A DNA stretch of 64,000 bases, taken from NCBI GenBank assembly GCA_010356995.1, contig ML996694.1, positions 433,224 to 497,223 of the forward strand. The letters run 5' to 3'. The translations under genes and the position numbers were made by a program. Position 1 is the stretch's first letter; every line of letters starts with the position of its first letter. A model generated the notes under the pieces. The model did not search any database, was not told the origin of the DNA, and worked only from the letters and a program-made list of their open reading frames with translations. Shown here in pieces: positions 13,435-25,712 of the stretch. The stretch comes from Trichodelitschia bisporula. Taxonomy: Eukaryota.

Positions 13435-16303
13435 TCAAGGATATTGCGCCCTTTTCCGGTATCTCTCACCAAAATCAGAAGCACCGGCCCCACCACCATT
13501 GGTTCCCACGGTTTGGTCGCGCTCATTTTCATCATGGTCGCCAAACAGGCCACGTGTAGGAGCCAATATTGAGTCAGACATGCCAGAGAGACCTGAATTG
13601 ACAGCACCAGAATTGAAGCCATACTGACTCGGTTGAGTTCCTATCTCTTGCAAGGGAGGAAGCATCTGCGGCCTCTCCGGAGCCTGCTGCTGCGGATCTT
13701 GCTGTTGCTGTTGCGGAAGACCCATAGACTCGTACCTCTGGAACTGCGGATACCCTGTGGTGATGCCCGAGCTATTCAAACCCAGCTCATCACTGTAGCG
13801 GGTCTGATTAGATTGTGAGGACATCGACGTCAGGGCGGAACTCCCGCGACCCGCCGGATAGTATGACCCAGGAGCGCTGCCTCCCATAGAAGACAAGCCA
13901 TCTAATGAAGTGAACACAGAATTGGTGTTAGAACCTTGCGAGATGTAGGGAGCGTTGTTTTCGAGCATCGATCCGCCGTTTTGGTTCAAGTAGCCGCTGT
14001 TGTCTAGCGTGTTTCCGGTATGTGAGGTGGGAAATGACTCTTCACCGCTGCGCAGTGGGCCAGAAGTCCGGTAAGCCGCAGGCGTTTCGTGCGCCGAGAA
14101 ATTGGTGGCTTGGTTTTGCGGGCCGAAGTCGCCAACATATTCCTGGCGCCCGGTGACGTCCGCTGGAGGCGACTCCGGAAACGCATGAAGTGCACTAGAG
14201 GCTCTATTGATCGAAGGCAGGCGATCAAGTGGCCGACTTCCAAGTGAATTGTGCCGATATTCACCGAGCCCGCCACGTTGTGCTTGAACTACGGGACTGT
14301 TCATCGGCACACCCCCGTACTGGTTGAAGGAGTTAACCTCGTTAGCTTCGCGGTACGTTCCATCAGGGGGAGACGACCTGAGACCAGTATGGGTCTGGTT
14401 CGTCCGCGGCAACAGTGGTGAAATCGTTCCGTATCCAGTCTGGATTTCGTTGCCAAGCCGCGCTCGCTGATATGGAGGTTCATCCGAGGGAAAAGTACCG
14501 TCTTGCGGATTTAGATGGCCGGATTCGGGCCCAGAGAGTTGTGACACTTCACATTCTTCGCCGTCTGAATTCATTTGACTCGCTGTGCGCTTTCTGTTGT
14601 TGCTAGGAAACATGTGTCAGCTGAAATGCCCTCCGCCTGGCAAAGATTGAGTAACTTAGGGGGAGAATCGTACTTAAAAGCGCGCGGTTCCTTGCGTAAG
14701 CGCAACCGCACGCCTTGATCGGAGAAGGCTCGGGACAGGTAGGTGGACTCGTCCAGTCCCTTGAAGTCTTTCAGGCTAACAACTTAACAGCTTATTAGTT
14801 TGAAAGATGACATGGTAAAGGATGAAGACAAGACCTTTGAATGGATCGGAAATGACTTGAGAAAGAAACACGTATCGCATCGTTGCTCTGTCGTCGTTAG
14901 AATGCTCTTCCGTGCATGGGTCGTACGAACTTATGATAATCATAAAGAGCGAATTGAAGCCTCCAGGTCCCAGTAACCCGGATTGATACGTCTCCAAATA
15001 CGAAAAATGCTCCATCCCCATTATCAGTATCTTTCAGCTTGTGCAGTGATGAAGCTAAAGTTCCCAAGAGGGCAGGTTTAGCCTTGTCGCCGGAAGAGAC
15101 GCCGTCGGTGCTCTCCACATGGCACAGGGAGCATACGACAAACATGTACGGACTCTGCCGAAATGTACGCTCGCTTTGCATAGTCAGAATCAAACGTCCA
15201 AAAATGCGGAGAAGGTTCATACTGGAACATATGAACATTATCCCTCAGCTTCAGCTCGATAATCGGCGGCGGATCGACCGGCTTGCGGGCTATTTCGTAT
15301 TTAGTGCACGACATGCAGCTACTCAGATGCAAAGACATACACTTCTCTTTGCCATCGATAGTCACCAAGCATTCCTTAGGTTGCTGACGGACCTTGAGAA
15401 TCACATCCTCACTGAAATGGGCACGCGTTAGTTGCATTTTCCCACACGGATCTCGAGACTCGTGGCTTACCTTGTCAGGTGCGGGATCGGATCCGCCTGC
15501 GCCGGAGGGTAAGGCATCTGAACTATACCACCGTTCACTACAAAATGCATGGCCAAGGGACCCATCGGAGAGTTGTAGGGCTGGTCATGCACCGGAGGAA
15601 TGAAGAAAGCGGGCGAGTCACCCCCGTTCGCCGCATGGTGGTGCGGTGATGTCTGATACTGAAGCGGCGGACCTCGAGGCTGAAATAACGGCGCTTGGTG
15701 ATGAGACGGCCCCATAATATGCTGGCCCATCGAGACCATGTGCTGAGGGCCCGGTACTGCATGATAATGCGGAGATGGTGTATGGGGTGGCGCCGTCATT
15801 GTCTGAGCTTGACGGCTGTGCAGCAAAAAGTCCGGAGGCACTGAGCCCCCTTGGCTGAATTGCTCAGCTAGTGGGTCATACCGCGTACGAGGAGTGCTGA
15901 CGACGCCGTGGTTGAGGATTCCATGCTGCCCAGAAAGGGTGTGGAGGTCCTGATTCACTGGAACAGGTTGGCCAGAATGGTTTTCCAGGGGCTGCTGTGT
16001 AAGCTGCGCCGCTTGGCCTGGCTGTTCGGACTGAGTGAGATGCTCGTGAAGATGCCCGGAAAAGTTGCGATCCCCATGGTCATCGGGAACGTGCCCATAT
16101 CCATTCAGGTTAGGAGCCATGAACGACGCTGAATTCCCCTTGCTGTCCAGCTTTGGAGAATGGAACCCGCGAGGTAATGATATCGTTGGATAATGGAAAT
16201 TCGGGCTTCCAAGGAGTTCAGCTACGGCTGATGACTGAGGTTGGTACCAAGGTAGCTGATGGGAGGACTGGTGTGGTTGCGGTTTCGACAGGGCATTAAG
16301 CAT
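13435..16303 (-). CDS. vosA: Velvet-domain transcription regulator, VosA-like, ~847 aa (786 aa if the start is ATG 16120); exons 16303-15471, 15411-15341, 15289-15223, 15173-14931, 14887-14835, 14782-14674, 14602-13435
   Basis: Spliced product reads VRQQP...[17 protein letters not shown]...[11 protein letters not shown]...[38 protein letters not shown]...[39 protein letters not shown], a continuous velvet domain. The GKEK-RKP motif and long low-complexity C-terminus fit VosA rather than VeA/VelB. Start codon uncertain. Confidence 0.88.
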
Positions 16304-16376
16304 TTGGTGGTTAAGCGCATGTAGGTTGCTGGATCTGGTGGGTGTGAGGGTGATGAAGAACAGTAGCTTGTAGGGA

Positions 16377-16482
16377 TGAAGGTGACGTGTGAAAGTAACT
16401 TGGGGCGATTGGGATGGTAGAGGGGGGGGTGAAGATGACGTGTGAGAGTAACTTGGGGCGATTGGGATGGTAGAGGATGGGG
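16377..16482. repeat. Two-copy tandem duplication, ~53-bp unit
   Basis: tgaaggtgacgtgtgaaagtaacttggggcgattgggatggtagagggg... (from 16377) is followed by tgaagatgacgtgtgagagtaacttggggcgattgggatggtagaggat... (from 16430) with few mismatches. Confidence 0.9.
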
Positions 16483-19093
16483 GGGGAGGCAACTGCGGTT
16501 GCAAGATGGGAAAGAACGATGGTGTGCCGCAAGAGCTTGAAGGAAGGCGCAATGGTAAATAGTCACCTTTATTTGGGGTTCTCCACCGGCTGCAGTTCTG
16601 TTATGATGTCGTCTGCTTAAGCACTTTGTCCGTGGGGAAGCTCTACTTTGGATTGCGAGGGAGATGAGAAGCAATTCGTGAGCCGCTCTCGTGAGGATCT
16701 CTGGTAGTGAGTGTGCTCAGAAAGTGGAAAGAAGGGTGTCTGGGGAGAAAGTGGATTGTGGATTAGGGATTTGAAGGGTGCTGATGGAATGGGGTGCTTT
16801 GGCAGTCGGTGGATCGGTGGTATCCGAACAGAGAGTGCGGGGCCGGTGTTGATAAGGAACGAGGTATACGTGTGCGGGTCCTTTCTGGACGAAGCTTTCC
16901 TCATCGATTAACCGCATTAAGACCTCGCGCTCGGTGTCTACTGCTGGACTCAGCGACTATTGACCCTTTTTCTTGGAAGATTTGGGGCTGCGAGGCTGGT
17001 GATGGAGATCTGTCCGAAAAGTCTCCCCTCCACGGGTAAAGGGACATTCAAAGGTCCTGATACTCTTCCGCTCGTCGACCGATGAACAGTGATGCCGTAG
17101 CTGCAGCTAATAACTGACACTCTCTCTGATCCAACTGAACTGTTGATCCAGGACCTGACGACGTGACAATTTCTGCCTCCAGTTCCTAGCTCGTGACGAC
17201 TCTCGGGTTCACCGATGGCAAAACAACAAAGTTGGATATAGCTGGTGGTTCGGATAGTTGGTAGTCAGGAGTTAAAGTCTGATTGCCCAAAGCCTAACGG
17301 AAAGGCTTCTGGATCGGTCGGTGAGGAGAAAAAGGGCTCAGTCCGGTTGGTGTGTGGGTTGAGAGCTTCCCTTACAGTGGTACTCTGACGTCGAATGAAG
17401 TCAGCCAAAAGGGTCACTGAGCGATTGCGCGGCAGTAGGCCTCCGGGCTGAGCGACGCGGCCTTCCGTCTCCTCTGACTGGCAGTGACAGGCGCCTTTTG
17501 AGCGATGCTGCCTTTTCTCTCCTCTGACTGGTGGTGGCAGGCGCCTCAGTAGCTCTTCTCCTGGGTAGAAATGGTAAGGCTGGGTCCCCAGCGGTGCTGC
17601 GTACTGATTTCGTATGTCGTCGTCTGAAGTCTGGCTCGCAATCTCGCCGGCCTGGTATTGCTGAGCTTGCGCTGCGTTCGTCCACGTAATGGATTACGGA
17701 TTTCCAACTCGTACGATCCGCTTGCACACTTCGAGCTCCGTCCCCATATCCCCCCTCCGTCAAAACGTCTCCGCAAAATCGCCACCCTCAACACTTCAAA
17801 CTAACTCCCGCTTGCTGCCTATCAGACTTTCCCCTCTCGACCTTGCTCTTTCTGATCCTCTCTTCACCGCGTCCCGGTCGTCCTCAAAAAGCTGCACTAT
17901 CAACCGCCAAAGCTAGCGTATCTTTGCGCAGTAGGTACGCAAAACGCAGTGTCTGCGGCGTGATGATGCGTAGTTGATTGAAAGTAGAACCTCTTAACCG
18001 TGAAGCAGCTCCAACAAACAGCAGCCAGCGGCACGCAATCCAGGCGGCAACAAATGCTTTGGGAACGCGCAGCGGCGCGAATCATCGAATACGCAGAAAC
18101 GAAGGAAGCAACCCAAACAAAACGAAACCAAAACGACAAAGCCAGGCGGCACGAAAGTAGAACCGCCAGCAGTCCGGAGCAATGTGTCAAGTACGTACGA
18201 AACGATTGCCCCAAGGCGCAACACGGCGGCCTGTGAGTGAGCCGTGAACGGGATACCACTTGGACCAGCGATAAGCGGCCCGCGCACGAGGTGTGCGCTG
18301 TATATGCCCGAGACGCCCGGTCCTTAGTCGATGTCCGCTTCAAGTGCTCACTTTCCAGCAGCCAGACAGAATGGTCGCCCCCTCAAGCTTGCTTCTTGTG
18401 CCCGTCCAGTTTTGCAGGCCACCCAGACGGAACACATTCGCCGTTTATTGCTCTGTTGCTGGTGCAATACTCGACCAACGAGGACACCCCTTGCACGACT
18501 GTGCGTGGATGCAGGCGGAAAGGAATCAGCGACAGGGACCGCAACAGTCCCGGCGGCAGCATGCACGCAATAATGCATACTTGCCTACTTGATTGCTTTG
18601 GGGGGGGAGGGGGGAATGATGGTAGGGGGTGAGGGGGAAGTTGGGAGGTAGGTGTTCAGCGGGCAATGTGCATGCAATCCCAGGTTCGTGCCTGTGGAGA
18701 GCCTCGATGCTGGCATCTTTCCCGGGGCTGGAGAGCAAGACGGGCCCCAGAGTACCGTGCAACCTAGCCAGCTGTGCGATTTGGCGGGTGTTGAGTGGAG
18801 CGGATGGTGAGGGTTTGGGGGGGAGCAAGGACAAGCTGGAAGCTGATCATTCTGGCACAGCAGGCCAATCTACCAGCAACGGCGACTATATGACGCGCGA
18901 AACCGATGCCTCTTCCAACGAGGCGAAAGAAGTTGCGCGATGTGAAGATGATGCGAGGTGGAATTGAAGCGGCGCCGCATGGATTCCGGTCACGGGCCCT
19001 GTAGAGAAACGTTTGGTGAACGCTGCAGCACCCGTGGATCAGGCCGGTATATGGTAGGCGGTGGCACAAGATTCTTTTTTGCTCCGACAGTAG

Positions 19094-19119
19094 TACCCAT
19101 GGATGGTACCCATGGATGG
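19094..19119. repeat. Perfect 13-bp tandem repeat (TACCCATGGATGG)x2
   Basis: Read directly from the sequence. Confidence 0.85.
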
Positions 19120-20024
19120 CCATTGTGCGTCTTTTTTGCCCGTTGCTTTGAACCTCGAGAGCCTCTCGTTCTTTTCCAATTGCCAAGGCTCCACGAGTTC
19201 TTCTGAAGCCGAGTAGGAAACCATCCGCGCGCCCTCCCCCCCCCCAAAAAACCGGCTGCTGGTTGCACGACATCATTCAGTTTTCCCGATAGGTACGCAA
19301 GAGAAAGCATTTCGACTGGACTGGAGGCCTGGTAACTTGCAGTGGGCCACTGCTGCTCCATATTCCTGACATTCACGGGCGTCGGTGCTCATTTCTTTTC
19401 TGCCCAATTTCGCCTTTGGGGGTGAGACGAGAGATTCTCGCGTCGTCGCATGTGAGGGACTTCGTGGAAAGGATAATGGCATGGGTGTCAGAGAAGGGAG
19501 CATCCAGCTGGTGTGCGGAAACGCTTCCCCTTTCCCAAACCACCATTCCCCCTTGGGAGAGTTCATGTTGACAAGAAACCCGGATATATTATGGCCGTGC
19601 TTCCATATCAAGCACTTAAGGATCCTCCGGGGAGCAATTTTGATAGCCTTTCGTACCCGGCGACGCTTGGTCGTTCCAAGGAGGGGGGGGGGCAAGACGT
19701 CGAGAAGAAAATGAATGAGAGGAGAGGAGGACAAGGACGATGGTCAACCACCAGTGATAAGCAATCAGCGCTTCAACAAACCAGCGGTCAGCCAAACATC
19801 CTAAGTGAGCGATAACGAAGGAAGCAATGAGACGATACAATTGTGCATGAGCCACAGATATGGTAAAGATGGCGGGACAGTCAGTAGGCGGCAATGATGG
19901 CCGTGATGATGGCTTGTAGTGGGAATTACTGGCGAAGATGTGATCACAAGCCGGGATGGCTTGTTGATGCCGGGCTTCTACAGTACGCTGCACCTCCGCA
20001 TCTTCATTTCTCGCTTCCTCTCCG

Positions 20025-20031
20025 CTCTCTC

Positions 20032-20062
<31 letters not shown>
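20025..20062. repeat. (CT)n microsatellite with one interruption
   Basis: Read directly from the sequence. Confidence 0.95.
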
Positions 20063-22721
20063 ACGTACAAATCAGCTCTCCAATGGCATACCACGCACCC
20101 GACTCGTGAGGAGCAGAGCTGTGAACGAGCTGCTCACGGATTATTCAATAAGGTTAATCAAGTGGCCCAGGCGACACCACGGCCAATATCCATGGCTCGG
20201 AGGCGTTACAGTGTTCCATCAGCCATCCTACCATCTATCCATGAGTAGAGGCCCCGCTCGGATCGCTTTCACTTTGTGTTGCCTTCGCCTGGCGCGTCTG
20301 TTTAGCGACGGGGCGCCCTCGTCGAGCCCGGTTTTCGTCTCTTCAGCCCTCTCCCACCCTCTCCCGGACTTGCCGGCCGGTCCTCATGTCCCCTGATCTA
20401 GAACTAGCATTGGCATGTGCAGATCTGCCATTGTAAAAGCTTCCCCGATTTCGTACGTACGTTGCCCTCAGATTATGAGATAGGCAGCAACTGAATACTC
20501 ATCACCTGCCTAAATTATAACGCTGCTCAAAGACCATATCCTTAAACGACAGTACACAACCTCTTTCCCTTTCTTACCTAACCTCGACCAGTCGAGCTGC
20601 TGCATGGCCTTTCTGTAAAGAGCACTAATACGAATAGTTAGGATCGCCTTAGTTACCCAATCTAGCTTGACAGCATGCCACTTCCGGGTTAAGTCACTCG
20701 CCACGCCGTCCCTACAGGAATATATGCGCGAGCAGCTAATCCCCAGTTATGCCTACATACCTACTTATTGCCCTGGTCCAATCTGTTAGTCGTACATACA
20801 TTGCCGCTCGTCGTGCCTCGACGGAGCGCCCTCGTCCATTATACGTGATAATCTCTCGTCTCCGCTTTTTAAGACGGCCCGGGTTCACATCCAGGCTCGA
20901 CGATGGCTCTCCAACCTCTCAGCCAAATTATCAATTAATTCCTGGTTACCCTATATTCTACCTCTGACGCTTTAACGGCCGCTCATGCACGTCCTGGGTC
21001 TGTTCTTCTGGAAAGCTCCAGAAGCAAAAGCCTGGCCCCCGATCTTCATAGCACTCGCCCCAATCTAACCACTATTGATGCCCTAATCAGGGATTACCAC
21101 CTACGGTACATCCTCAGCTCTACATCTATATTCCCCTTCCCCATTTCGTCGTGATCTGGCTCGGATGAGCGGCGAGGAGAGCGGATCCGGAGATCACTGA
21201 TAAATGACCTTGCTTGCTTTGGCTTTCCCGTCCCAGGCTCACTCGGGCTACACAGCAGAGCAGCAGACCGCCTCCGCATACATCCATGCTCCTTCCCCGG
21301 CTGACGCTGCGCTGCAGGGCTAGGGTTCCTCGGCGGCCAGGTTCCGGTTTCGTTTGCGTATGCGGGGGCGGGCATTGAGGCTACAAGGTTAGGCTAAATT
21401 GTCGCTTTATCGAACAGCCTTTCGTAATGCCGTTGAGCAACTGCCCAACCGTCGCTGTTCGTCCTCGAGGTGAGACTTAATTCTGTAATATGGGCGATCC
21501 TTCACCGTGACAACTTCCTTTCTGAAGCATCCGAGAGCGCTCTAACTTACTCACCAGAGTTCAAATCTATTCCCAAGCCAAGTTACTTCAACAATTGTCG
21601 ATGAGCCGCTCAGGCAGCCTGAAGGCCGGGCTCATCTCGAAAATCAGAAGAAGAACACTAGTCCAAACGGTCGTGCTCTCAGGAAATCCTGGTCCGGAGA
21701 TCGATCCCAGGAGAAGGTCCCTCGTTGTTTGGCATCAAAGGTTGTTTTCACACGAGCCAGGAATATTTTCAGCTGTCCAAGATCTACAGATGAATTCCAC
21801 AATACGGTACACTCTCAAAAATCCTTCGGCATCCAGAGTACTGAGCTGAGCCGACAAGGCGCATTTTTTATTATGAAGGCGAGGCTTAGCCACAGCGCAT
21901 TCAACTGCTGTTGTCTCCCAAGCCTGCCATGCCACTTAGTTAGTGTAGAATTGTAGGGTTGACAAGCCACCCCAGAATTCATCGCGGTTCGGATAACATA
22001 GTTTGTTTGTGCAGTAGAGTTGGGTGAAGCCGAAACAGAATGGAATTCAACTGGTGAGAGAATACCTCTTCAAAAACATGTAATGCAAGGTAGGAGAAAC
22101 TATGTAAATAGTAGATGGTACGTGAAATGTAAGGTCGTCTCCGTCTGCTCTTCTCGACGTCTCAGGAACGCCTGAGAAAAGGTGAAAACCAATAGCAGTG
22201 CGCAACGCAGGCCAGCCCTTGTGGGGTCATCGCTCGGTAAGATGCGCCAATTCAACGGTCCGGATCGGCCCGTCACGCATCTCCGATCCCATCCAGGCTT
22301 GCAGAACGACTGCAGGATCCAAGCCTCAAGAACTTCGACCGGAGATGATATTGCATTTTGAGAGCCGCAATATTGCATTGCCTTCCAATCAAGCTCTACC
22401 ACTCCTCCGGATTCTTATGACTGGCATAAGAAGAACGCGGTAGGCCATCTTCAACCATTCTAAATACAGCCCAGCGCTCATGGTCCTATGCGAGACACCG
22501 TACAAAGCACAAATGTCGTGAAGATACGACCGCCAATCAGAAGCCGACTCCAGCGCCCGATCGAGTTTTGCAAACCACAGACTCATGTTTTCCATCCCAC
22601 GCTGACGCACGAACTCCTAGCTCCGAACCAGCCCAGATAGAATACTGATTCCGACTCCCCTTTCAAACGCCCACGCCGGCTACAAATGCAACGCATAATA
22701 GTGAATTGATGTGACACATCC

Positions 22722-25712
22722 CTACTCTTCCATGGCATCACCCGCACCATCCACACCTGCCGACTTTTCAGCACTTTTCCCAGTCACGTCCTCCATCGTA
22801 CCATTTATCTCACTTTCCCTGTGTGAATTCCTCGTCCGCCGAGTTGCCGTCATCGGGGTACTCTTAGCGCGGCCCCTGCTTGACGTACGAGGTGTAGTCC
22901 CATTCACATGGGCGGGAGTAACCTTGTTGATCCCACTAACTCTGCCTCCACGGCCAGTTGACGGCCTCCCGCGGCTGCCATACGGACGCCCCGGGCCCTT
23001 GCGCTTACTGGCACCAGGAATTGGAGGGAAGACCTCGAACCGTGTCGGCGGAATGTCCTGCCCCGGGTACGGAGTGCCGGTGTGAGAACGCCCGTTGCGC
23101 TCCGTCCAGTCTGGGAGTAGTGATGGGGTCTGAAGAGGCTGCGGACTGTGGCCATTGGGTAGCTCTGGGGTTCCATAGGCCATCGCTTCGGAATCAATGG
23201 AAGGTTGAGCGGAAAAAGCGGGCTGATCAATAGAGACGCCATTCTCAACTTTTATACCGTCGCCATCTTCGACGAGGTCCTCGCGCTGAGCAACCGTGTG
23301 AAGTTGACCCCCTTCCTCGTAATGCATGGCAAGATCCCGATGCATGACAAAGGGCGTCCAGATAAGGTAATTGGGGTCGATCTTCGGGTATCCCTTGGCT
23401 TCGTGCTTTTCGATGAATCCCTTCATGTACTCGTGGTCGATGCGGAGCGCATAGACCTTGGTGTGTGGGTCCATAACCAAGGCTCGAAGACCTTCGAGCG
23501 CAGAAACGATGTCGTCGGCCGTCATGCCAGTTTTTTTTGAAATTTCGTTAATCGAAATCGGGTTCCGATAGTCCTTTAAAAGATAGCTGAGAACCAGACG
23601 CCAGTAGTTCCGGTAGGAAATTAGCCCCATGTCTGAAAGAGGTTTCTCCGGTGACCCCGTCTTCTGTTCGCGCTTGGTCAGAAGATATGAGAAGTCGATG
23701 AGCATGTGCCCAAATCCTCGACGCTGATAGATTGGAAGGACGAGGATGCAGGAGACGTTGTTGAGACTGCTCGGCCGCTTTTCCTTGGAAAAGTAACCGA
23801 CGAAATGGCACCCCTGCTCGTCGTTCTCCGTCATGACGTAGAAGAGAAAAGGTTCAACGTCATAGTACAGCGTCTTCGATCCCAAAAACAACTTCGCCAA
23901 AAGGCAAAGATTCTGACAGTAACCCGGGTTCTTGCGGCCATCGACTTCAAAGAACGAGTACGTGCCATCATGGTAGATTTCCTGGCCGGGAGGCTGCGTG
24001 GCCTGGCATTTGAGCTTCCTTCCCGTCAGCTACTGCCTGAAGGCGTGTTTAGAACTTAACCAACCTTATGCCGCCATGCTACGTAGTCCGAGTTCATGTA
24101 CTTGAGGCAAAACTCGCAAATATAGAGAATCCGGTTGCGGCTGTACTCCGCAGGGTATGGAGCCGCATGCCAGATATCAATTTCGAACCCTCCAAAGCTG
24201 ACGCACTCAAGCTTGCTTCCCGTGCTGGACATCTTCCGGGGTGTCTTGGTCTTATCGAGGTTTGCAGTCTGGGCCGCAACTTTCTCCTTCCAGGACTGCT
24301 CGGCCAAGAGCCGTGTATCCTCAAAAAGCGTTCGATCTTCCCCTGTAGGTTTCCCAATGTGATTGTCAGCTTCCGCATCAGCAAGTATTCCTCCGTACGG
24401 TTTTGATTTGGATTCATCGTCTCGTTCAACCCAGAGCAACGGAGTCCCGAATGTGGACGGAATTGCTGGGTAGTGAGGAGGCTCTTGTTCTTGCAGCGGC
24501 GGCGCCAGAATCTTCTTGCGCGGACGTGCGCGGCTGGTCTTTTGCTTCTGTTTGGGTCGAGCCGCCAATATTCTTTGCAATATTTTTGCATTTAGACTGA
24601 ACCCTAGAACAAGACTACCCGTCGCTTGACGAACGATAAAGCACGGGAATTTGTTTTGCTTTGCTCCCTTACGTGTGCGTGAAGGTCGCGTCTTTGGCGA
24701 TAGCTCATCGCTCGCAGCCACCGCAGCCGTGAGAACCGCTTGCGTCGGTAATGCCATTACCGGTGATGCCGTTGACACGGGAACGTTTGCTGCTCTCTTC
24801 GGTGTTGCTGTTCCGGTTAAAGGGTTTAGTTGTGTACCTGTCTCTTCCAAATTCGCCTGACCAGGAATTGCAAGGCCGTTATCCACGCAGTCTTTGCAGC
24901 ACCATGAGCTGACGTCTTACCACCATTAGCAAATCATACAGTGTTCTTTATCGTGTCACCTACCGGTATTCTTCAGGGTTCCAGAATCCGCCGCGCAGTG
25001 GTAATGAGCTACAAACATAACGGTAAGCTTCTGCACAGCTAAACCCGAGACTTCCCGAATCTTCCTAGCTTGCAGGGAACTAACCATTGTCACCGCAAAT
25101 GGCACAGTTGATGAAGGCCGTAGCTTCACCTTCTTCTTCGATTTGGTGGCAAAAGCTGTACTCGAATTAGCTATGCTAGCGGATGTTCTCCTTGAAATGC
25201 GACACTTACATGCAGAAGTTATTGTCCGTGACGGCTCCAGGAGTGGCTCCTTCCCGAGTGAGAGCTGCCTCTGCATCCTCTCCATCTGCATCTTCCACTT
25301 CTGAGTCTTCTATCTCCTCTGCCTCTGCGTCTTCTCCATCCGTATCTTCTCCAGCCGTGTCGTCGGCGCCCCACTCCTGGGTGTCGGAAGATGATGCCTC
25401 GGAGCTGGCGTCGGATATAACATCGGATTCAAGCATTTCAGCGTCCGAGTCTTGCGACAGGTCGTCTGGGGGTACTGAGATGTATGCTCGTGGAGCTTTG
25501 ACTTGGTGGGGAATACCGCCCAGATCCTCGTCGTCAACTTCTTCGCCTTCTGCGTCAACGTCTGAGCCATCGGGGTCAGCATCATAGGATGTGCGATCGA
25601 AGCCATTGGTGGCCTCACTCATGGAGACGTCGCCATCGTGCTCCGCATCCATGTCGCTATCCGGCATAGTCGTTGATTGCTGGCGTGTATCACTGCTAGG
25701 CTCGCCTGCCAT
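22722..25712 (-). CDS. SAS3: MYST-family histone acetyltransferase, Sas3/NuA3 type with N-terminal PHD finger, ~920 aa; exons 25712-25210, 25155-25085, 25008-24964, 24915-24065, 24014-22722
   Basis: Acidic N-terminus; spliced PHD finger CIFC..CAIC..HYHC..WCCKDC; MYST zinc finger ICEFCLKY...H.LKC; YCQNLCLLAKLFLGSKTLYYDVEPFLFY; acetyl-CoA motif QRRGFG; catalytic GSPEKPLSDMG. Alternative start at ATG 25667. Confidence 0.93.

Noticed and set aside
15549..15559. TGGCCAAGG resembling a recalled VosA-binding sequence
   Set aside because: Single imperfect hit inside coding sequence, expected by chance.
17400..19400. Many overlapping 60-170 aa ORFs on both strands
   Set aside because: GC-rich shadow ORFs with Arg/Cys/Ser-rich random composition, mostly non-ATG starts, and no consistent splice chain.
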